Shown piece by piece: positions 9,431 through 17,447 of a DNA stretch of 64,000 nucleotides. The notes below the pieces were generated by a model. The model had not been told where the DNA came from, ran no database searches, and worked only from the letters and a program-made list of their open reading frames with translations. The stretch is taken from assembly GCF_000737315.1 (NCBI RefSeq), contig NZ_JMCB01000007.1, forward strand, positions 1 through 64,000. Direction: 5' to 3'. Origin of the DNA: Hyalangium minutum. Lineage in GTDB: Bacteria; Myxococcota; Myxococcia; Myxococcales; Myxococcaceae. Numbering within the stretch: the first letter of the stretch is position 1; every line of letters begins with the position of its first letter. Both the position numbers and the translations under genes were made by a program.

Positions 9431-9843
9431 CCCAGTTTCCGCAGCAACTGTGCTGCGGCCTCCAGGCTCAACCCCTCCACCCGAAAGCCCCCGGGTGCCA
9501 CCACCGCCAACGGCCCGGCCTGCGCCACGGCGGCCTGCGCCACCGCCGGCCGTCCCGGCTTCTTCGGCTCGGACACCACCACGGGTACCAATCCCTGCGG
9601 CTCCGCACCCGCCTTGGCTCTCCGATGCGCCGCTGGCTTGCCCTTCCTCCAGGCTTGCAGCGTCGGCTTCGAGACTCCAAGCGCCGTGGCCGCTGCCTCA
9701 AACGTCCCGCCTGTCTCCAGCACATGCGCCACGTACCGCACCGCGAACGCTCTCAGCACCTCGGGGTAGGGCAACGAGCCTTTCTGCCTCCCGGCCCTCA
9801 GTCGCTCCACCTCTTGCCGGAACTGCTCCAACTCCTTCTCCAT
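9424..9843 (-). CDS. tnpA: IS66 accessory protein TnpA (HTH)
   Basis: HTH-like AAATALGVSKPTLQAWRK and C-terminal GFRVEGL. It overlaps tnpB, as is typical. Confidence 0.88.
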   Translation of the reverse strand: MEKELEQFRQEVERLRAGRQKGSLPYPEVLRAFAVRYVAHVLETGGTFEAAATALGVSKPTLQAWRKGKPAAHRRAKAGAEPQGLVPVVVSEPKKPGRPAVAQAAVAQAGPLAVVAPGGFRVEGLSLEAAAQLLRKLGC

Positions 9844-9967
9844 GGACTCCTCCTCGTCTGGAGCCCATGAGGTGTCACACCGGGGAGCACCTCGTCACGA
9901 CGGGGCACGGCGAACAGATACGTTTTACCGGCGCTGAGCCCGGTGCTTCCCGGGACTTTCACCGGGG

Positions 9968-10162
9968 CCACCGCTGGCCCACCGCTGGCCCCACCGCTGG
10001 TCGCGTCGACGCGGGCCTCGCAGTGAGCGTTACGGGCCTCCTGGCGCGTCCAGGCGGGCCAGACGGGCCACGTCGACGCGCGCCTCGTGGTGCGCGCTCC
10101 GGGCCTCCTGGCGCGTCCAGGCGCGCCAGACGCGGGCCAACGTCGGCGCGCGCCTCGTGGTG
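9968..10162. repeat. Short GC-rich tandem repeats and palindromes
   Basis: CCACCGCTGG(C) x3 at 9968-10000, 12-bp palindrome CGCGTCGACGCG at 10002-10013, and two ~60-bp degenerate copies at 10033-10092 and 10100-10162. Confidence 0.75.
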
Positions 10163-10195
10163 AGCATCCAGGCAGGCTGGACGCCGGCCACTTCG

Positions 10196-10643
10196 CGCGG
10201 TTCGCCGGTGCGAATCGTGAGGCGAACGCTCAGATCGTCGCCGGTCTCCAGGGCCTCGCGAAGCGTTGGGGCATCACGGCGGGTCAGCTTGCGATCGGGT
10301 GGGTGCTCGGCAAGCAGCCGCGGTTCGTGCCGACGCTGGGCATGCGCACGCTCCAGCAACTGGACGAAGCGCTCGCTGCGAAGCCGTTGACCGCGGAGCA
10401 CCTCGCCGAGGTCGAGGCGATCGCGCCGCGCGGTGCGATCGCGGGCACCCGCTACCCAGCCGCGCACATGGCCGCGCTCGATAGCGAGAAGCGCTAACCC
10501 TCTTCGAGAGAAGCACCGAACAAGAGCGTAAGTCGCGGCGTCCGCTCCTTCTTCGCTTCCCCATTCTCCGCTGCCTCAGGCGGTGGGCTCGCTTCTTGTG
10601 GCTCCGGCCCTGCATGGCCTCTATCCTGCCTATACGCGGCCTA
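10196..10643 (+). repeat. 448-bp direct repeat copy 1 (aldo/keto reductase 3' fragment plus downstream sequence)
   Basis: Appears identical to 12732-13179. It encodes RFAGANREANAQIVAGL...AALDSEKR*. Confidence 0.95.
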
Positions 10644-10693
10644 AGGTCCGCGACCGGTGCCTGGTCATCAACGAGTCGAGGGGGTTGGAAACA

Positions 10694-12487
10694 ATGAGAA
10701 TCGTCTATGTGTCTTCGTTGCTGGTGAGTATGTGCCTGATGGGATGCCTCGATTCCGAACTCGAGGCGCAGGCGCCGGGTCGGGAGCTCACGGAGAGCGA
10801 CCGCGATGCCGCTCGACACGGGCTCAAGGATGCCGTGAGGAGCGCGCACCTGGAGACCATCGACGTGGGTGGAATGACCGCTGGGCTCTCGGCTGGGCGC
10901 AAGGTGCAGCTCGCGCTACCCGGCGCGGGTCAGGCCGTGCTCGTGATTCAGAGCGTGCGAGAGCTGTTGCCCGGCGTCACGACCCTCTCGGGGCACCTCG
11001 CGGACGACGAGACCTCCGACTTCACGCTCTCTATCGAAGCCGGCAAGCTGGTGGGCTCGATCCGGCAAGGGAAGCACGCCTGGCTCGTGGAGCCGCACAC
11101 CCGCTCGGACCAGCACTTGATCCGGACGATCGATCGGACCCTGCTGCCCAAGGATGAGCCGGCCTTGGGGCAGCCGCGGCAGCTCTCGGAGGCGCCGAGG
11201 AGCATGGATCAGCCCTTGCGCACGTCATTGTCCACGGGCACGGGCAACGTGCGCGTGCTGTTCCTGCACGCGAACAACGTCACGAACGCGAGCGCCCAGG
11301 CCGCAAACATCGTCACGGCCTTCAACTACTCGCTGAGCCTCAGCGGGGTCGCGGGCAACAATTATCTCACGATCGCGGGTGTCCAGGAGGTCGCGGCCAA
11401 CTTCAACGGGCAAAGCAAGACGATGATCCTCGATGCGATGAGAAGTCGAGCCGCCCCGTTCACGGACATCAATGCCGCCATGGCCAACACCAACGCGAAC
11501 ATCGCCTTCTTGCTGGTGCAGGAGGATCCGACCGCATCGGGCGACGGTGACTTCGGACGGGTGGGTGGCGTGGCCCGCAAATTCGAACGGGACAACCCTT
11601 TCGCGCTCTCCACGGATGACTACTCGTTGGGCGACTTGACCGCCCTCCACGAGATCGGTCACGTATTCGGCGGCGACCACGAGGACACCGCGGGCAGCGC
11701 GCGACCCGTCGTCGCAGCCGATGGCACGTGGATGACGGTGATGGGCGGGTACGTCCAGTGCCCGTTCACGGGTCGTTCGGCCACGTGCGTGCGGCTGATT
11801 CGCTGGTCGAATCCCGACCCCACCCATACGTACCTGGGCCATCCGCTGGGGGTCGCCAATGAGCGCGACATGAAATCGCACCTCGAGAGCAGCATGCCAA
11901 CGGTCTCGGCCTGGACGTGGACGGTGCCGCCCTCTGCCACGTTTCACATCAACGGCCAGGTCAACGGGAGCCTCATACTGACTGCAAACACGCCATTCAC
12001 ACTCAGGTATACCTCTACCAACGCTGTGTCATGCGACCTGACGGCATACCGGAACGGCTCCGTCTGGTACTCCATTCCGAACTTCAACCCTTCGCACGAC
12101 TGGGGCACCGTCACAGGCCTGGAGCCCGGCAGCTATAGTTGGAACGTCGTGTGCCGTGACGCAGCAGGCTGGACCGCATCCGCGACCTCGCGCTTGACGA
12201 TTACGTGCGATCCGCGAGCCGGGACTCAGGGGCAGATGTGGATCACGGGTGGCGGTTATGGCCAATACGTCTATCATGGCGGTTGGTGCAGCGTTGGAAC
12301 CCAGTTACCGCCCATGTGTTGGGAGGGCACTTATTTCCATTATCAATATCTACTGAGTTCCTCCTGCGCGAGCGGCGGAAGCGGCGGCTCGTGCTATGAC
12401 AACGATGCTTGGTGGTGGGTGTCCTGTCAGTCGCTCGTCGACTGTGTCTACAGTTGCAGTGGACAGTGCGTGCAATCGAGTTGCTGA
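10694..12487 (+). CDS. M12B/reprolysin-like zinc metallopeptidase lipoprotein with Cys-rich C-terminal domain
   Basis: Lipobox LMGC, prodomain, HEIGHVFGGDH (HExxHxxGxxH) and Met-turn TVMGG. The C-terminal ~100 aa are rich in Cys, Trp, Tyr and Gly. Confidence 0.88.
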   Translation: MRIVYVSSLLVSMCLMGCLDSELEAQAPGRELTESDRDAARHGLKDAVRSAHLETIDVGGMTAGLSAGRKVQLALPGAGQAVLVIQSVRELLPGVTTLSGHLADDETSDFTLSIEAGKLVGSIRQGKHAWLVEPHTRSDQHLIRTIDRTLLPKDEPALGQPRQLSEAPRSMDQPLRTSLSTGTGNVRVLFLHANNVTNASAQAANIVTAFNYSLSLSGVAGNNYLTIAGVQEVAANFNGQSKTMILDAMRSRAAPFTDINAAMANTNANIAFLLVQEDPTASGDGDFGRVGGVARKFERDNPFALSTDDYSLGDLTALHEIGHVFGGDHEDTAGSARPVVAADGTWMTVMGGYVQCPFTGRSATCVRLIRWSNPDPTHTYLGHPLGVANERDMKSHLESSMPTVSAWTWTVPPSATFHINGQVNGSLILTANTPFTLRYTSTNAVSCDLTAYRNGSVWYSIPNFNPSHDWGTVTGLEPGSYSWNVVCRDAAGWTASATSRLTITCDPRAGTQGQMWITGGGYGQYVYHGGWCSVGTQLPPMCWEGTYFHYQYLLSSSCASGGSGGSCYDNDAWWWVSCQSLVDCVYSCSGQCVQSSC

Positions 12488-12658
12488 GCACAGCACCAGC
12501 CTCATCGACAAGGCGCCGGCCCCTCCGCTCCCGTCCGTCACCTCTCAACAGAGCTTCAGTCCTGCTGGAGGCGCTTACCGCTCTGGCAGGTCCGGAGCGC
12601 CAGGTCACCCGGCGCACCCCTCGGGTATGTCGTTTGAAAGCACCCACACGCTCCGTCG

Positions 12659-13033
12659 CTGTACGGCGTGTTGTCGCGCGGACTGCTCGCGGCCAACCCG
12701 ATTGGCGCCGACGACTCGCGCGCCCACATGCCGCGGTTCGCCGGTGCGAATCGTGAGGCGAACGCTCAGATCGTCGCCGGTCTCCAGGGCCTCGCGAAGC
12801 GTTGGGGCATCACGGCGGGTCAGCTTGCGATCGGGTGGGTGCTCGGCAAGCAGCCGCGGTTCGTGCCGACGCTGGGCATGCGCACGCTCCAGCAACTGGA
12901 CGAAGCGCTCGCTGCGAAGCCGTTGACCGCGGAGCACCTCGCCGAGGTCGAGGCGATCGCGCCGCGCGGTGCGATCGCGGGCACCCGCTACCCAGCCGCG
13001 CACATGGCCGCGCTCGATAGCGAGAAGCGCTAA
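12659..13033 (+). pseudogene. Aldo/keto reductase C-terminal fragment
   Basis: YGVLSRGLL...QLAIGWVL...PTLGMRTLQQLDEAL matches the AKR C-terminal half. The N-terminal half is missing. Confidence 0.8.
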
Positions 13034-13179
13034 CCCTCTTCGAGAGAAGCACCGAACAAGAGCGTAAGTCGCGGCGTCCGCTCCTTCTTCGCTTCCCCAT
13101 TCTCCGCTGCCTCAGGCGGTGGGCTCGCTTCTTGTGGCTCCGGCCCTGCATGGCCTCTATCCTGCCTATACGCGGCCTA
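12732..13179 (+). repeat. 448-bp direct repeat copy 2
   Basis: Same sequence as 10196-10643. Confidence 0.95.
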
Positions 13180-13292
13180 TACGCTCCGGTTTGGTCTTTT
13201 TTTGGTCCCAAAAACCGGATTTGGTCCCGAGAATGCAAGCGCAGCCCCCGTTCTCAGAGGGCGGCGCCTTGAAAGCGGCGGGTTGCTCGGCT

Positions 13293-13346
13293 TGGAAGCG
13301 GCGGCATTCGAACCCGCCGCTCCGAGCTTCTGGCGAAAGCGATCCA
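13293..13346 (-). repeat. att-like repeat copy 2
   Basis: TGGAAGCGGCGGCATTCGAACCC...GAGCTTCTGGCGAAAGCGATCCA, 45/54 identical to 3316-3369. It is preceded by TTGGTCCC motifs and overlaps a 10-bp inverted repeat (13275-13284 and 13311-13320). Confidence 0.7.
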
Positions 13347-13429
13347 TCGGTCGAACGCGGTTTCCGTTAAGACTTCCCAGCACGGCGCTCAGCGGGCCTG
13401 GCTTCCATCGGCCCGCGCAAGGGTTCTCG

Positions 13430-15040
13430 CTACTCGGGCAGCAGGCCCAGGGCATCCAATTGGGCGCAGCGCCCAGAGCGCCACGTCGTCTCCGTGGAGC
13501 CCGGTGACTCCCAGGTGAGGAACGAACCGTCCGGAGTGAAGGCGGGCCACGCTGGCTGGGTCGTCGGCACTCCTGTGCGCGCCAGCGAGCCCCAAGCGCC
13601 CTGCACCCGCGCGGACAGTTCCAGATCCACCTGGGTCGGCGTGGTTCCTACCTGCTCGAACCGCCCGAACAGGTAGAGGATATCGGTGCCATGGACGGCG
13701 CCCAGGGGGGCCAGGACTCCATTGGGGAGGGCGTGGGCGAAGCGGTAGAGGTACGCGGGAGCGGAGCCCGCGGTGGCACTCGCCGTGGCCAACTTGAGCG
13801 CGGGACAAGTGAACGAGACATCCGTCCCCAGCGCCGTCGCGGCCGCCACCTCGCCCACGACGGACGGCTGGTAGAGCGCGGTGAGCGGCTCCTTCCGCGC
13901 CGAGGCCCCTATGTAGTCGACGTAGCGGCCGAAGTCGCCCGCGTTGCCCACCACACCCAGGGCCGCCATCACGAAGCTCAGCTCGGCGTCATTGGCGCCC
14001 ACCACCATCGGCACGTCACCCGCGCCCGAGCGCACCTGAGCGAGCGGCCGTCCCGTCAGCACGACGCCGTCGACCACAGGCAGGATGGGAAGCAGGGGAA
14101 AGCCCATCTCGGACACCGGGGTGTAATGGGACTGGACCTCCAGCACTTGGGCGGTCGTCTTGCCGCGCAGACACGCTGCGATGTCCCCACGGGTACACCC
14201 CAGCCCCACCGCCGTCACGAGCCCCACGGAATAGGCGGACGGGAAAGCGCCCACGGCCTCTTCCCGGGCCAGCACCGGCCGATAGGTCCCTGACTGCACC
14301 GCGGCCCGCTGAAACAAGCCCTGCGCCAGGGGTGAGGCCAGCAGGGCGGCCATTGAGGCGCCGCCCGCGGACTCTCCGGCGATCATCACCCGGGCGGGGT
14401 CTCCTCCGAACGCGGCGATGTTGCGGCGCACCCACTGCAACGCGGCGATTTGATCCCTCAGTCCCCAGTTGCCCGTGCCCGTGTCCGGCGCGGTGAGCTG
14501 GGGGAGCGCGAGGAAGCCGAGCGCGCCCAGCCGGTAGTTCACCGACACCACGACCAGGTCCTCGCGGAGGGCGAGCTCCGCACCGTCGTACCAGCCCTCT
14601 CTCGAGGCTCCCTCGACGTAGCCGCCCCCGTGGATCCACACCAGGACGGCACGCGCCGGGCCCTGGGGATGTGCCCAGACATTGAGGGAGAGGCAGTCCT
14701 CGTCCTGGGGTGTCAGGTTCCGGTTCTGGGGACACGCGGGGCCGAACTCGGTGGCCTGTCTCGGGGTGGTCCAGGGCTGGGGGCGCACGGGCGGAGCCCA
14801 GCGCAGGGCGCCCGTGGGCGGAGCGGCGTAAGGGATGCCCTTGAACACGACCAGCTCGGACGCGAGGCTTCCGTGGACGGGACCCTCGTCGGTGGTCACG
14901 TCCACCCCAACGATGATCGAAGGAGGTGGATGGGGCTGCTCACCGGCATCCGGGCCCTGCGAGGAACCTCCGCCACATCCCCAGAGCCACATGGCCAGCG
15001 GAAGAACTCGTCGTGTCGTTGACCCGATTATTTCGCTCAT
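13430..15040 (-). CDS. Carboxylesterase type B (pNB-esterase-like) lipoprotein
   Basis: GIPYAAPP, EDCLSLNVW, WIHGGG, NYRLG, GLRDQ, nucleophile GESAGG and catalytic His in AVHGTD. Start ATG 15040 chosen from the signal peptide/lipobox LWGC. Confidence 0.93.
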   Translation of the reverse strand: MSEIIGSTTRRVLPLAMWLWGCGGGSSQGPDAGEQPHPPPSIIVGVDVTTDEGPVHGSLASELVVFKGIPYAAPPTGALRWAPPVRPQPWTTPRQATEFGPACPQNRNLTPQDEDCLSLNVWAHPQGPARAVLVWIHGGGYVEGASREGWYDGAELALREDLVVVSVNYRLGALGFLALPQLTAPDTGTGNWGLRDQIAALQWVRRNIAAFGGDPARVMIAGESAGGASMAALLASPLAQGLFQRAAVQSGTYRPVLAREEAVGAFPSAYSVGLVTAVGLGCTRGDIAACLRGKTTAQVLEVQSHYTPVSEMGFPLLPILPVVDGVVLTGRPLAQVRSGAGDVPMVVGANDAELSFVMAALGVVGNAGDFGRYVDYIGASARKEPLTALYQPSVVGEVAAATALGTDVSFTCPALKLATASATAGSAPAYLYRFAHALPNGVLAPLGAVHGTDILYLFGRFEQVGTTPTQVDLELSARVQGAWGSLARTGVPTTQPAWPAFTPDGSFLTWESPGSTETTWRSGRCAQLDALGLLPE

Positions 15041-15188
15041 TTTCTCTCTATCCCTGAAGCACGCGGAAAACGGTTGAACCCCACAAAATCCGGAAGTCGC
15101 AGTCCGGAGACCCCGAGGCCCGGGGTCTCCATCCCCCTGGCTCTGTCTGTCCCTCCTACCTCGCAGGTTGCCTGGAAAGGTGTGTCCC

Positions 15189-16511
15189 ATGAAACCCCTG
15201 AAGTCTCCTTCTCGCTCTTTCGTCCGGCCATCCCCCACCTCTGCCTCGAAGCTGGGTGGGCTTATGTTGAGCCTCTCCGCGCTGGCCAGCGGGTGCGGCC
15301 CCCTTCCCGAGACGTCCATGCCGCCGGAGAGCCCTTCCCAGGCGCAAGAGGAGCTTCGGCTCGCGGCCCCCGTGACCATCCACTCGGATAGCTACTACCA
15401 GGGCCTGTCCCAGACGCTGCAGGTCGGCTGGTACGACATCTGGGATCTGACCATTGGGAACGACACCCTCAGCTCGCTCCGGGTCCCCGCCGGTTACAAG
15501 GTCACGCTGTACTCGGACGCATACTTCGCTGGCGAGCAGCGGGTCTACACCCAGGACACGGGCTGGGTGGGGTTGGACTTCAACGACCTGACGTCCGGCG
15601 TCCGGGTGGAGCAGATCGGGTCTTCCTATGCACTGGCGCAGCGCTTCGCGCCGCGGCTGCGGTTCGACGGCTCCGGCCACGGCTACCCCATGGCGGCGCA
15701 GACGTTCTACGACACCATCGTCAAGACCGGGTCGTCCTCCCGCCTCGAGAACACCGACGCGTCGACGCTGGGCACGGGACAGATCCCCACGTACTACCAG
15801 GTGATCTCGTGCGGAGCGCAGGTGCGGATCAAGTACTGGTGGTTCTACGGCTACCAGGCGCCTTGCGACGGGACCAGTGGCTCGCACAACGGTGACTGGG
15901 AGAACGTCGTGGTGACGTTGAGCGAGGACCAGTCCAGGATCGCGGCCGTCACCTTCGCGATGCACGGCAAGTCGTACACGCGGCTGGCGAACCGGAACGG
16001 CTTCTCGCTGGAGGAGGGCACGCACCCCGTGGTGTACGTGGGGAAGAACTCCCACGCTGCGTTCTTCGAGCAGGGCGGCAGCAGCACCTCCTGCCTGGTC
16101 TGGGAGGAGTACCGCAACAACTCCACGGGACTGCACCTGAACAGCTGGTCCAACCTGGTGAGCCTCGATACCGAGGTGGACCCGTCGGACTGGATCGCCG
16201 CCGATCGACAGGGCGGCTTCGCGTGGGGACGCGACGGCGTCAGCACCCATCCGACGCAGAGCGGGCCGAACTGCTCGATGAAGGCGGCCGAGTGGTCGAA
16301 CGACGTCCCCACCTGGTGGCACAGCCAGTGCAAAACCGGCGACCGCGATGATGGCAGCAGCTGCCATGTCCAGTGCAGGCCGGGGTATACGGACATGGGC
16401 CTCACGTGCACGAACTGGTCGACCTGGAGCACCTACAACCAGACCCTCTACAGCTACGGCTACACGCTGCCGACCTCGAACGTCGGTCTCCTGACGAACG
16501 ACTACGACTGA
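15189..16511 (+). CDS. Lipoprotein: beta/gamma-crystallin domain plus NPP1/Vps62-like domain plus Cys-rich tail
   Basis: Lipobox ASGC. Crystallin motifs NDTLSSLRVPAGYKVTLY and FNDLTSGVRV. Second domain has FAPRLRF, YWWFYGYQ, HNGDWENVVV and HPVVYVGKNSHA. Confidence 0.75.
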   Translation: MKPLKSPSRSFVRPSPTSASKLGGLMLSLSALASGCGPLPETSMPPESPSQAQEELRLAAPVTIHSDSYYQGLSQTLQVGWYDIWDLTIGNDTLSSLRVPAGYKVTLYSDAYFAGEQRVYTQDTGWVGLDFNDLTSGVRVEQIGSSYALAQRFAPRLRFDGSGHGYPMAAQTFYDTIVKTGSSSRLENTDASTLGTGQIPTYYQVISCGAQVRIKYWWFYGYQAPCDGTSGSHNGDWENVVVTLSEDQSRIAAVTFAMHGKSYTRLANRNGFSLEEGTHPVVYVGKNSHAAFFEQGGSSTSCLVWEEYRNNSTGLHLNSWSNLVSLDTEVDPSDWIAADRQGGFAWGRDGVSTHPTQSGPNCSMKAAEWSNDVPTWWHSQCKTGDRDDGSSCHVQCRPGYTDMGLTCTNWSTWSTYNQTLYSYGYTLPTSNVGLLTNDYD

Positions 16512-16593
16512 CGCCGTACCGTCGTGAAGCCCAGGTCCACAGGCTGGGGAACGTCGATTCCCCAGCCGTACACAGAGCTCTGGGACGCGCGGC

Positions 16594-17178
16594 TCAGCGG
16601 CCCTTGAAGTTCTGGGCGACGAAGTCCCAGTTCACCAGCTTCTCCAGGAACGTCTCGATGTACTTGGGCCGGGCGTTGCGGAAGTCCACGTAATACGCGT
16701 GCTCCCACACATCGAGGGTCAACAGGGCCTTCTGTCCGTGCTTCATCGGCAGGTCCGCGTTGCCCGTCTTCGTCACGGCGAGCTTGTCCTTCTCCAGCAC
16801 CAGCCAGGCCCAGCCGGAGCCGAACTGCGTCGCGGCGGCGTTGGCGAACTGCTCGCGGAAGCGCTCGAACGAGCCGAAGTCCCGGACGATGGCCTCCGCC
16901 AGCTCTCCTGTGGGGCGCCCGCCCCCGTTCGGCTTCATGCAGTGCCAGTAGAACGTGTGGTTCCACACCTGGGCGGCGTTGTTGAAGACGGCCCCCTCGC
17001 TGCCGAGGATGACCTGCTCGAGCGTCTGGTGCGCCTCCGGCTTGCCCTCCAGCAGCTTGTTCAGGTTCGTCACGTATGCGGCGTGGTGCTTGCCGTGGTG
17101 GAACTCGAGCGTCTCCGCGCTGATGTGCGGGGCCAGGGCATCCTTCGCGTACGGCAGGTCGGGCAGGGTGAACGGCAT
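16594..17178 (-). CDS. sodB: Fe/Mn superoxide dismutase
   Basis: MPFTLPDLPY, HHGKHHAAYV, NNAAQVWNHTFYW, FGSGWAWL and DVWEHAYY. Confidence 0.97.
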   Translation of the reverse strand: MPFTLPDLPYAKDALAPHISAETLEFHHGKHHAAYVTNLNKLLEGKPEAHQTLEQVILGSEGAVFNNAAQVWNHTFYWHCMKPNGGGRPTGELAEAIVRDFGSFERFREQFANAAATQFGSGWAWLVLEKDKLAVTKTGNADLPMKHGQKALLTLDVWEHAYYVDFRNARPKYIETFLEKLVNWDFVAQNFKGR

Positions 17179-17447
17179 GGGGTGCGTCCTTTCGAGGTGA
17201 GAGGCCCTGCTTAAGGGAGCACCGCGCAACTGTCAGCCGATGGGCCAATCTGTTGGCATCGTGCCAACGCGTTGGCGGAGAGAGTGCCGCCGCGCGCGCA
17301 GCCGCCTCTCGCGGGCGCGGGAGGTTCGTGAGGGAGACGGCTGGCGGCAGAACGGACAACTGCCAGGTGGCCGTTATCGTTCGCAGGCTTTGTCTGCAGC
17401 AAATTCGCCGAGTCGGGATAGCAGCGGGCTCCCCAGGAGCCTGAGAT

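Larger units (their letters stand above)
7447..9928 (-). mobile_element. IS66-family insertion sequence
   Basis: tnpA-tnpB-tnpC organisation. The left end on the minus strand reads GTAAAACGTATCTGTTCGCCG from 9928. A matching inverted CGTATCAGTTCGCCG starts at 7447 but lacks the terminal GTAAAA. Confidence 0.9.

Noticed and set aside
17360-17395. Minus-strand peptide KPANDNGHLAVV resembling a tmRNA tag (ANDN...LAA)
   Set aside because: No tRNA-like ends, no stop after the tag and a wrong resume context. Considered a chance match in a shadow ORF.
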